From Lingula anatina (Eukaryota; Animalia; Brachiopoda), in NCBI GenBank assembly GCA_051362555.1, contig JBPQGU010000016.1:4526001-4590000 (forward strand): a stretch of 64,000 nucleotides of DNA, written 5' to 3'. A program made the translations under genes and the position numbers. The notes under the pieces are model-generated. The model saw only the letters and a list, made by a program, of their open reading frames with translations. It made no database searches and was not told where the DNA came from. Positions 1 to 11,484 of this stretch are shown one piece after another (the first letter of the stretch is position 1; each line of letters begins with the position of its first letter).

Positions 1-3000
1 GTGGAAACGCGCCCGGGTCACTTCATCAAGGCCCCCAATTCTAGCTTTAAAGATGATCCAAAAATAAGCTCTGAGAACAGAATCTGAGAGGGGGGGGGGG
101 GACAGAGTTTTTGCTCTATTTCTTCCTTAATGTTGACACCACCACTCTTCCAGCACTTTATTCTTACTACAAATGACCGAACACACCTACCTGACACTAT
201 AATGAAGAAAAAAAATTTTCATCCCTACCTGGCCAAAATTGAAGAAATCTCACAGTGCCGGCACTGTTCAAAATCACTCAAAATCACCAAAAATCGACCC
301 GTCTCCGATTTTTCCAAAAAGTGACGAAAATCAATCTACCACACCTGTCATTCATAAAAAATGTGGAAACGCGCCCGGGTCACTTCATCAAGGCCCCCAA
401 TTCTAGCTTTAAAGATGATCCAAAAATAAGCTCTGAGAACAGAATCTGACAGGGGGGGGGGGGGACAGAGTTTTTGCTCTATTTCTTCCTTAATGTTGAC
501 ACCACCACTCTTCCAGCACTTTATTCTTACTACAAATGACCGAACACACCTACCTGACACTATAATGAAGAAAAAAAATTTTCATCCCTACCTGGCCAAA
601 ATTGAAGAAATCTCACAGTGCCGGCACTGTTCAAAATCACTCAAAATCACCAAAAATCGACCCGTCTCCGATTTTTCCAAAAAGTGACGAAAATCAATCT
701 ACCACACCTGTCATTCATAAAAAATGTGGAAACGCGCCCGGGTCACTTCATCAAGGCCCCCAATTCTAGCTTTAAAGATGATCCAAAAATAAGCTCTGAG
801 AACAGAATCTGAGAGGGGGGGGGGGACAGAGTTTTTGCTCTATTTCTTCCTTAATGTTGACACCACCACTCTTCCAGCACTTTATTCTTACTACAAATGA
901 CCGAACACACCTACCTGACACTATAATGAAGAAAAAAAATTTTCATCCCTACCTGGCCAAAATTGAAGAAATCTCACAGTGCCGGCACTGTTCAAAATCA
1001 CTCAAAATCACCAAAAATCGACCCGTCTCCGATTTTTCCAAAAAGTGACGAAAATCAATCTACCACACCTGTCATTCATAAAAAATGTGGAAACGCGCCC
1101 GGGTCACTTCATCAAGGCCCCCAATTCTAGCTTTAAAGATGATCCAAAAATAAGCTCTGAGAACAGAATCTGAGAGGGGGGGGGGGACAGAGTTTTTTCT
1201 CTATTTCTTCCTTAATGTTGACACCACCACTCTTCCAGCACTTTATTCTTACTACAAATGACCGAACACACCTACCTGACACTATAATGAAGAAAAAAAA
1301 TTTTCATCCCTACCTGGCCAAAATTGAAGAAATCTCACAGTGCCGGCACTGTTCAAAATCACTCAAAATCACCAAAAATCGACCCGTCTCCGATTTTTCC
1401 AAAAAGTGACGAAAATCAATCTACCACACCTGTCATTCATAAAAAATGTGGAAACGCGCCCGGGTCACTTCATCAAGGCCCCCAATTCTAGCTTTAAAGA
1501 TGATCCAAAAATAAGCTCTGAGAACAGAATCTGAGAGGGGGGGGGGGACAGAGTTTTTGCTCTATTTCTTCCTTAATGTTGACACCACCACTCTTCTAGC
1601 ACTTTATTCTTACTACAAATGACCGAACACACCTACCTGACACTATAATGAAGAAAAAAAATTTTCATCCCTACCTGGCCAAAATTGAAGAAATCTCACA
1701 GTGCCGGCACTGTTCAAAATCACTCAAAATCACCAAAAATCGACCCGTCTCCGATTTTTCCAAAAAGTGACGAAAATCAATCTACCACACCTGTCATTCA
1801 TAAAAAATGTGGAAACGCGCCCGGGTCACTTCATCAAGGCCCCCAATTCTAGCTTTAAAGATGATCCAAAAATAAGCTCTGAGAACAGAATCTGAGAGGG
1901 GGGGGGGGGACAGAGTTTTTGCTCTATTTCTTCCTTAATGTTGACACCACCACTCTTCCAGCACTTTATTCTTACTACAAATGACCGAACACACCTACCT
2001 GACACTATAATGAAGAAAAAAAATTTTCATCCCTACCTAGCCAAAATTGAAGAAATCTCACAGTGCCGGCACTGTTCAAAATCACTCAAAATCACCAAAA
2101 ATCGACCCGTCTCCGATTTTTCCAAAAAGTGACGAAAATCAATCTACCACACCTGTCATTCATAAAAAATGTGGAAACGCGCCCGGGTCACTTCATCAAG
2201 GCCCCCAATTCTAGCTTTAAAGATGATCCAAAAATAAGCTCTGAGAACAGAATCTGAGAGGGGGGGGGGGGGGGGGACAGAGTTTTTGCTCTATTTCTTC
2301 CTTAATGTTGACACCACCACTCTTCCAGCACTTTATTCTTACTACAAATGACCGAACACACCTACCTGACACTATAATGAAGAAAAAAAATTTTCATCCC
2401 TACCTGGCCAAAATTGAAGAAATCTCACAGTGCCGGCACTGTTCAAAATCACTCAAAATCACCAAAAATCGACCCGTCTCCGATTTTTCCAAAAAGTGAC
2501 GAAAATCAATCTACCACACCTGTCATTCATAAAAAATGTGGAAACGCGCCCGGGTCACTTCATCAAGGCCCCCAATTCTAGCTTTAAAGATGATCCAAAA
2601 ATAAGCTCTGAGAACAGAATCTGACAGGGGGGGGGGGGGGGGGACAGAGTTTTTGCTCTATTTCTTCCTTAATGTTGACACCACCACTCTTCCAGCACTT
2701 TATTCTTACTACAAATGACCGAACACACCTACCTGACACTATAATGAAGAAAAAAAATTTTCATCCCTACCTGGCCAAAATTGAAGAAATCTCACAGTGC
2801 CGGCACTGTTCAAAATCACTCAAAATCACCAAAAATCGACCCGTCTCCGATTTTTCCAAAAAGTGACGAAAATCAATCTACCACACCTGTCATTCATAAA
2901 AAATGTGGAAACGCGCCCGGGTCACTTCATCAAGGCCCCCAATTCTAGCTTTAAAGATGATCCAAAAATAAGCTCTGAGAACAGAATCTGAGAGGGGGGG

Positions 3001-5679
3001 GGGGGACAGAGTTTTTGCTCTATTTCTTCCTTAATGTTGACACCACCACTCTTCCAGCACTTTATTCTTACTACAAATGACCGAACACACCTACCTGACA
3101 CTATAATGAAGAAAAAAAATTTTCATCCCTACCTGGCCAAAATTGAAGAAATCTCACAGTGCCGGCACTGTTCAAAATCACTCAAAATCACCAAAAATCG
3201 ACCCGTCTCCGATTTTTCCAAAAAGTGACGAAAATCAATCTACCACACCTGTCATTCATAAAAAATGTGGAAACGCGCCCGGGTCACTTCATCAAGGCCC
3301 CCAATTCTAGCTTTAAAGATGATCCAAAAATAAGCTCTGAGAACAGAATCTGAGAGGGGGGGGGGGACAGAGTTTTTTCTCTATTTCTTCCTTAATGTTG
3401 ACACCACCACTCTTCCAGCACTTTATTCTTACTACAAATGACCGAACACACCTACCTGACACTATAATGAAGAAAAAAAATTTTCATCCCTACCTGGCCA
3501 AAATTGAAGAAATCTCACAGTGCCGGCACTGTTCAAAATCACTCAAAATCACCAAAAATCGACCCGTCTCCGATTTTTCCAAAAAGTGACGAAAATCAAT
3601 CTACCACACCTGTCATTCATAAAAAATGTGGAAACGCGCCCGGGTCACTTCATCAAGGCCCCCAATTCTAGCTTTAAAGATGATCCAAAAATAAGCTCTG
3701 AGAACAGAATCTGAGAGGGGGGGGGGGACAGAGTTTTTGCTCTATTTCTTCCTTAATGTTGACACCACCACTCTTCTAGCACTTTATTCTTACTACAAAT
3801 GACCGAACACACCTACCTGACACTATAATGAAGAAAAAAAATTTTCATCCCTACCTGGCCAAAATTGAAGAAATCTCACAGTGCCGGCACTGTTCAAAAT
3901 CACTCAAAATCACCAAAAATCGACCCGTCTCCAATTTTTCCAAAAAGTGACGAAAATCAATCTACCACACCTGTCATTCATAAAAAATGTGGAAACGCGC
4001 CCGGGTCACTTCATCAAGGCCCCCAATTCTAGCTTTAAAGATGATCCAAAAATAAGCTCTGAGAACAGAATCTGAGAGGGGGGGGGGACAGAGTTTTTGC
4101 TCTATTTCTTCCTTAATGTTGACACCACCACTCTTCCAGCACTTTATTCTTACTACAAATGACCGAACACACCTACCTGACACTATAATGAAGAAAAAAA
4201 ATTTTCATCCCTACCTAGCCAAAATTGAAGAAATCTCACAGTGCCGGCACTGTTCAAAATCACTCAAAATCACCAAAAATCGACCCGTCTCCGATTTTTC
4301 CAAAAAGTGACGAAAATCAATCTACCACACCTGTCATTCATAAAAAATGTGGAAACGCGCCCGGGTCACTTCATCAAGGCCCCCAATTCTAGCTTTAAAG
4401 ATGATCCAAAAATAAGCTCTGAGAACAGAATCTGAGAGGGGGGGGGGGGGGACAGAGTTTTTGCTCTATTTCTTCCTTAATGTTGACACCACCACTCTTC
4501 CAGCACTTTATTCTTACTACAAATGACCGAACACACCTACCTGACACTATAATGAAGAAAAAAATTTTTCATCCCTACCTGGCCAAAATTGAAGAAATCT
4601 CACAGTGCCGGCACTGTTCAAAATCACTCAAAATCACCAAAAATCGACCCGTCTCCGATTTTTCCAAAAAGTGACGAAAATCAATCTACCACACCTGTCA
4701 TTCATAAAAAATGTGGAAACGCGCCCGGGTCACTTCATCAAGGCCCCCAATTCTAGCTTTAAAGATGATCCAAAAATAAGCTCTGAGAACAGAATCTGAG
4801 AGGGGGGGGGGGGGGGACAGAGTTTTTGCTCTATTTCTTCCTTAATGTTGACACCACCACTCTTCCAGCACTTTATTCTTACTACAAATGACCGAACACA
4901 CCTACCTGACACTATAATGAAGAAAAAAAATTTTCATCCCTACCTGGCCAAAATTGAAGAAATCTCACAGTGCCGGCACTGTTCAAAATCACTCAAAATC
5001 ACCAAAAATCGACCCGTCTCCGATTTTTCCAAAAAGTGACGAAAATCAATCTACCACACCTGTCATTCATAAAAAATGTGGAAACGCGCCCGGGTCACTT
5101 CATCAAGGCCCCCAATTCTAGCTTTAAAGATGATCCAAAAATAAGCTCTGAGAACAGAATCTGACAGGGGGGGGGGGGGGGGGACAGAGTTTTTGCTCTA
5201 TTTCTTCCTTAATGTTGACACCACCACTCTTCCAGCACTTTATTCTTACTACAAATGACCGAACACACCTACCTGACACTATAATGAAGAAAAAAAATTT
5301 TCATCCCTACCTGGCCAAAATTGAAGAAATCTCACAGTGCCGGCACTGTTCAAAATCACTCAAAATCACCAAAAATCGACCCGTCTCCGATTTTTCCAAA
5401 AAGTGACGAAAATCAATCTACCACACCTGTCATTCATAAAAAATGTGGAAACGCGCCCGGGTCACTTCATCAAGGCCCCCAATTCTAGCTTTAAAGATGA
5501 TCCAAAAATAAGCTCTGAGAACAGAATCTGAGAGGGGGGGGGGGACAGAGTTTTTTCTCTATTTCTTCCTTAATGTTGACACCACCACTCTTCCAGCACT
5601 TTATTCTTACTACAAATGACCGAACACACCTACCTGACACTATAATGAAGAAAAAAAATTTTAATCCCTACCTGGCCAA
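1..5679. repeat. Satellite array (left), ~362-bp monomer, ~15.7 copies, runs off the window start
   Basis: Near-identical head-to-tail units every 360-367 bp. Length variation comes from a poly-G tract. Ends abruptly at ...cctggccaa (5679). Confidence 0.99.
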
Positions 5680-7066
5680 TCACGGACTGTTATACACGAA
5701 TGAAGTTCTGCGTGAAAAATTAGTGATTGTTTCCAGTTTTTTTCCTGACAATTTTTTGTGTGTTGCTAGTGGTTAATTTGGTGTCAAGTACCAGGTTGGG
5801 GCCTAAATTGCTTCTTATTTTTGGGCGAGACCTGGTTCAGTGCTGTACAGTTTCGGACATCTGGCGGAGGGATCTTACGACTGTGAGCAGTGCAGTGGTT
5901 TGTTTACAAACAAGAGAATGCACATGTTCAATTACAGTACTGCCGGTATGAAAAGTAACTTTTTGACACTTAAGTTTTGTGGCATTGGGAGTTACGTCAG
6001 TGAGTCTGCTGTCTATGAGAATAGGAAATGTTTCACCAAAATATTCTGTTCATGCAGTTTTGCAGGAATTTTTTAGTGCGGCCGTCAATATCTCCGGAGC
6101 TACAAAGCTGAATGACTTCTCACTGAATGCAGCTCGATAGAATTAGTCCCAAAAACATCTTTCATAAAATTTATAATTCTACAGAAATAGGGAGATTTTT
6201 TGCTCTGTTTAATAATTACATGAAAACTTATGTGGCGAAGGGAGTCACCGGGGTGTTTTGTCATGGGAATTAAAAAAATTATGCATTTATGCTCCTCTCT
6301 GTACAAACCTATGTACTTTTTGGAGTAGAATTGCAGTAGGCTATTCTGCAAATATGCTCCCGCCGCTTTGCTACTTCGATACTACTGCATTTTCGTGCGG
6401 GTAACTAAAAAGAAATATGTAATTATTAAAGGTGGGGGTGCAAATGTGTGTGCCTAGATACACAGCAGCTAAGAAATTCCTTAACCCGGGACATCTGTTA
6501 TCACCTTGCCTTGGTCAACTACTAAAGGTAAAAAATGTGCAGACACAAGACCCAAACTACCATCCTACTACCTACTACTAACTAACCAGACTAATTTCCT
6601 ATAAACAAAACGTTGATGTATTACCAAAAAGTTAATACCACCACTAAAACAAACCATTTGCTACATAAATACAATTAATTATCTTAATTGAAGTTTGGTG
6701 GTTTCCGTTGTTATCATGATGTGTCAAACAATCAGTTTGAAAAAGAAACTGATTGTTGAAGAAATTTGCCCGTAGCTCCTTATTATTAGGCCTCACATTT
6801 TAGAATAAATTACATTTATGTACTAATATTAGGATTTAAAACAAACTCTAAGTGCAAGAATCACACTGCGACACACCAGTTTGAAACTCTTTCTTTACCA
6901 GAACAGTCTCCGAGTAGAATGAACGAAGTGACCAACAAGTTACTGCTGAAACTGTGGAAGGCTTTAGATCCGGCCTACACCGTCATTTCCCATGCGCTCC
7001 CTCTTCCCGTCTATCATATACCAGCAGTTTTTTTTTTTTTTTTTTAAGATACAGATAGGTACCATG

Positions 7067-7139
7067 TGGCGGATCCAGGGGCGGATCCAGGAATATTTTA
7101 AGGGGGCGGGCCGACCCCGCCCCCCCCCCCCCCTCCCTG
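7067..7139. mobile_element. Fragment of GGCGGATCCAG-type MITE end
   Basis: gtggcggatccaggggcggatccagg followed by G/C tracts; related termini at 19231-19504, 31571-31783 and 33260-33279. Confidence 0.5.
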
Positions 7140-7220
7140 TACAGACAGCTTGTTCAAAATATACTATAAGAGACTTGTGAAGATTCTTTTGTCTATAGCT
7201 ATTTATATTAGTTTTATCTT

Positions 7221-7268
7221 ACCATCCAATATTTCATCTGCTTGCAGTCAGATTTCATCAGGGAATGA
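7221..7268 (-). ncRNA. Minimal type I hammerhead ribozyme motif, inverted copy in the left pLTR
   Basis: Reverse complement of 7919-7966. Confidence 0.7.
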
Positions 7269-7316
7269 GGTTGTGACAGGTATGACAACCTGTCACCCCC
7301 TCTGGTGTGCTATTTG

Positions 7317-7877
7317 AGAGAAAAACAACAAAGGCCCGAGAACATGACTGAAAAAGAAAAACCCAAAGGATATGCAGTACTACCTTACATGAAAGGGGTT
7401 AGTGAAAAGCTAAAAAGAGCATTCAGAAAAAGGAATGTAGTATTACACCATAAGGCAGGACAGACACTAAGAGGCATCCTAGTATCCCCAAAGGACAAAT
7501 TAGACCCAGGAGAACAGTGTGGAGTTGTATACCAGTGTGAGTGTCAGGTGTGTGGAGAGAAATACATCGGAGAGACAGGACGTTCCTTAACTGAAAGAAT
7601 CGCTGAACATCAAAAATCGATCAAAAAACATGACAAAAAATCTGCCCTCAGCCAACACCAGGAACAGACAGGGCATTGTATAACATCAACAACCATAGAA
7701 GACATAATAATCTTGGAAAGAGAGCCACGAGATCTACACCGGAAAGTTCTTGAAGCAATTAACATCCGCTTACATGGGGCTAAGTTGAATCGGAATGATG
7801 GGACTGAGCTACCCAACCTCTACCTACCACTCCTAAGGGAGGGGCAGGCAAGGGGGGGGGGGGATCTGACCAAATAG
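7317..7877 (+). pseudogene. Penelope-type GIY-YIG endonuclease (C-terminal part of the RT-EN ORF, 5'-truncated)
   Basis: Motifs LPYMKGVSEKL, GVVYQCECQVCGEKYIGETGRSL..R..EH, SALSQH...GH, RKVLEA..I, LNRNDG; stop at 7875-7877. Confidence 0.92.
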
Positions 7878-7918
7878 CACACCAGAGGGGGTGACAGGTT
7901 GTCATACCTGTCACAACC

Positions 7919-7966
7919 TCATTCCCTGATGAAATCTGACTGCAAGCAGATGAAATATTGGATGGT
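7919..7966 (+). ncRNA. Minimal type I hammerhead ribozyme motif in the Penelope pLTR
   Basis: cattcc-CTGATGA-a-ATCTG(actgcaag)CAGAT-GAAA-tatt-ggatg: core boxes, stem II, palindromic AATATT in place of stem III, imperfect stem I. This is the known Penelope pLTR architecture. Confidence 0.75.
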
Positions 7967-8336
7967 AAGATAAAACTAATATAAATAGCTATAGACAAAA
8001 GAATCTTCACAAGTCTATTATAATAACATAGCTAATGAAACTGTTCTACACTATACTATAAGAGAATGTTTACAACTGCTGATTCCCTGTGTTTACAGAT
8101 CACGAAATTAATATGCGCCAGCAGGGCCATATCACCGTCGTTATTCGGATATTGATTTGTTCTTGATTTGTTTGAGCTTCTTTGTTCAGGCGAGGGTAGG
8201 ACCACTGCTAAGTCCATTCCTGATCCCAAATTAAGCGATATTGAAAACTCTGTTTCTGAGTGAGTGTCTTTTAAATGTGCTTAAATATCTCCAATAGATC
8301 TTATCAAACATATTTATATACAGGTACATGTAAATA

Positions 8337-10001
8337 CAGCAATGGTCAAAAAGGTTGTCCCACCCCCATTTCCATGTACTTTTATTTACAAATGATACGC
8401 CTCACAGCTGTGAACTGTTAGAAATAGTGCTTTTTATCACGGATACCGTGTCTAACATGATTAATGGTTAAAAAAATACAAAATAGTGGTGAAAATATAC
8501 ATATTTTATACCATTTAATAAAATTTATAAGAGGTACCCCCTCAAATCGACTGTTTCACTGTTACTTCTACAGATGTAAAGAAATGTCTATAAAATTGAA
8601 AAGGTGCCATCAAATGTCACCAAATTCACACACAATTAGCATTAGGGTGTGCTCGTTAAAGATCACGTGCCTAACAGCGTGTGCGTCTACCGCGTACTGC
8701 AATTATCTCCTGTAGACGGCGCGACAAGCCTTCAACATGGGTAACAATTCTGTTATGTGGGATATTGTCCCATTCATCCTAAAGAGCGTGGCGGAATTGG
8801 TCAAGATTATTTAGGAATTGGTTCTCCTCTGCAATGCACATTCCAATTTATGCCACAGGTGCTCAGTAGGATTAATATCAGGACTCAAAGACGGTTGTCC
8901 CATCCTCAGAGCCCTGTGTTTCTGCAACAAATCGTTTGCCAGACGAGAGCTGTGAGCAAGTGCGTCGTCACAATGAAGCCAGTACTATCCCTGAAGTCAC
9001 CTCTTGCAAATGGAATGAGATTTCTGTTGAGAATGTTACATCAAAATGCCCCTGTTACGTTTTGTTCCAAAAGGAACAATGTACTAATACCATGGGCTTG
9101 GAATGTTCTCCAAATGCGGATTGATCTAACACCTCAGGCGATATTATCCTGCACGCACCCTTCCAAGAGGCATTTTTAACATGTCTATGGACCCTCTTTG
9201 ACCATCGATGGGATACAAGAAATAATTTGATTCTGCATCAAAATCAACTTCCTTCCAGTGATGGATGGCCAGGTTCAGGTGCCTGTGGGATCACTGAACG
9301 TAGCATTCTCAGCTGATATCTCATTCCATCTTCAAGAACTGACTTTGGGGTTAACTTCAGGCTTTATCATGACTGCACACTTGCTCACACCTCTCGCCTG
9401 GCAACTGTTTGTTGAAGAAACATAATGGTCTAAGGATGAAACCACCATCTTTGAGCCCTGATATCAAACTTACTAATCAACTGTGACATGTATTGGAGTG
9501 TGCAATGCAAAAGAGAACCAACCCCATAAAAACGTGGACCAACTCCCCCAACTTGTTTGAGAAGAAGAATACAATATCCCACAAAACAGAATTGTAACCC
9601 GAGTTGAAGGCTTGTCGCGCCGTCTACAGGAAATAATTGCAGTACGCGGTAGACGCACACGCTGTTAGGCACGTGATCTTTAATGAGCACACCATAATGC
9701 TAATTGTGTGTGAATTTGGTGACATTGGATGGCGTCTTTTTAATTTTATAGTCATTTCTTTACATCTTTAGAAGTCACAGTGAAACAGTCGATTTGAGGG
9801 GGCACCTCTTATAAATTTTACTAAATGGTATAAAATATGTATATTTTCACCACTATTTTGTATTTTTTAAACCATTTATCATGTTAGACACGGTATACGT
9901 AATAAAAAACACTATTTCTAACAATTAACAGCTGTTAGGTGATCATTTGTAAATAAAAGTACATGGAAATGGGGGTGGGACAACCTTTTTGACCAATGCT
10001 G
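8337..10001. mobile_element. Non-autonomous Tc1/mariner element with very long inverted arms
   Basis: TA|CAGCAATGGTCAAAAAGGTTGTCCCACCCCC ... GGGGGTGGGACAACCTTTTTGACCAATGCTG|TA. Arms are inverted from 8337 to ~9040 and from ~9300 to 10001. Confidence 0.92.
8760..9300 (-). pseudogene. Degenerate Tc1 DDE transposase catalytic domain
   Basis: Minus-strand translation gives WKEVDFDAES..L...DG (like W..VLFSDES), HCDDALAHSS (like QDNAP.H) and PSLSPDINPTEHLW (like SPDLNPIE.LW); frameshifted. Confidence 0.8.
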
Positions 10002-10470
10002 TATAAGGGTTGCTTTGCATTCTTTGCCTTTGAAAAAGGGCACATACTTTAATAACATTATTACAATAATCTATTTTAATTTTGATAAAAAAATTAATCA
10101 AAAACTTTATTGCAAATGTGTTATTTAAACTTTATGGATTAAATGGATTAATCTAAAATTTTAACTAAATGCATGTTTTGTTTCTATATCAAGTGTACCC
10201 ATGTCCACAAGTAGAAGCGGTGGATGGAAGCAGTGGTTCTGATGTTCTGGTTGTGACCAGTAGGCCTAAACCACAGCAGGGACTTAATTGCTATAAAGCA
10301 GACCGACATACATCTCTAAACAGATGGAACTTATATTGTCTTTCATTAAATAACATAGAACTTTACATTTAAAGGCAAGACACACTTTGAGAAGGAGTAA
10401 GATGAAAATAACATGGGTTGGCATCCTAAAATATAATTTGAGTATGACTTATTACCCTCTATTCCTTTGG

Positions 10471-10474
<4 letters not shown>

Positions 10475-10539
<65 letters not shown>
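10475..10539. repeat. (TA)n microsatellite
   Basis: About 32 perfect TA units. Confidence 0.99.
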
Positions 10540-10541
<2 letters not shown>

Positions 10542-10750
10542 ACAAAAGGAACATGAACAATTTTATTTCTTAGAGGGGGGGGGGTTACCTATTCAGCTGA
10601 TAGCAGTGAAAATCCATGCCAAGTCTGGTCGATCAATGTAGACCTGTGGTGTCTATAGGAATGTGTCCTAAATCCCACCAAGTGTTGTTTTAGGAATTGT
10701 CGCACCACATACTTATGATGTCCGTGTTTCGATATATCCCATTTATTCAT

Positions 10751-11432
10751 AGTTGATGGCAGAATGGACAGCCCAGGACATAGTGCACAATATTGCGCGA
10801 GCAGGGGATGTGTTGGAAGCAGAAGTTGTAAGGAAGAAAGAAACCAAGCTGAGTAGCTCTGTAATGGAGAAGGAAGGGTTTGTCAGGGCTATGGATTTCC
10901 AGAAAAAAAAAAGGAATCAGTGCAACAGAAGTGGTCAAAGATGCCCTTGTTGCACACTTAAGTACAAAGTGCTGTTTAGGTCTTACTTTAATAATTAGAA
11001 AGCAAATTTAGTATGTGAAATGTATCTACATGTATGTGATTATTTACTTGCAATTCTTGCTATTTTTTTGTTATATCTCTCTATATATTTAGCTAAATTT
11101 TTCTTATTTCAGAAAAAAAATGAATCGGGATAAAACATTCGTGGGACATTTGGCATGGGGCAAAAATCTTGGAAAGAAGATAATCACTGTGAGTAGATAT
11201 GCATGAAAACAAAACAAACTATTGCACCATTTTCCATATCTTCAGGTAGAAAAAATAAATGAGTTTTTTCCATGATGGACATTTTCCTTTTTAATAGAGT
11301 CATGCATTAAGAATTAAATAGCTGTCTTGCAATTTTATATTTTAGGCTGAACAGACAAGGAGGACAAGAGATCTGGTTGCATGGACCAAAGGCATATTAC
11401 ACTCTCACTTTTGGGAATGTGAGCAAGACCAC
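10751..11432 (+). pseudogene. Intron-containing DDE transposase remnant, Kolobok-like
   Basis: Three exon-like blocks with AG/GT edges: DGRMDSPGHSAQYC...SSSVMEKEGFVRAM...EVVKDA (10751-10960); HSWDIWHGAKNLGKKII (11113-11189, DxxH motif); DLVAWTKGI...HFWEC (11346-11432). Superfamily assigned from motif recall only. Confidence 0.6.
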
Positions 11433-11484
11433 AGATAATATTTGTTGAGATAATTCTGCAGTTTAGTGTTGTGTTTATTTATTT

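Larger units (their letters stand above)
7171..8051 (+). mobile_element. 5'-truncated Penelope-like retroelement with inverted pseudo-LTR
   Basis: 146-bp inverted repeat (7171-7316 / 7871-8016) around a GIY-YIG ORF. Candidate TSD tatactataag(aga) at 7160-7173 and 8052-8065. Confidence 0.92.

Noticed and set aside
1-40. Hammerhead ribozyme in the satellite monomer (minus strand TTGATGA)
   Set aside because: Core is not CUGANGA, and no stem II with GAAA follows.
296-314. CENP-B box in the satellite (minus strand ATCGGAGACGGG)
   Set aside because: Spacing and bases do not fit TTCG-N4-A-N2-CGGG.
5681-5715. CAC-starting sequence at the left junction as a transposon TIR
   Set aside because: No matching inverted copy or TSD was found in the window.
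7886-7900. Shared GGGGTGACAGGT between the Penelope pLTR and the 34-bp minisatellite
   Set aside because: Only ~12 nt with no flanking similarity; cannot be separated from chance.
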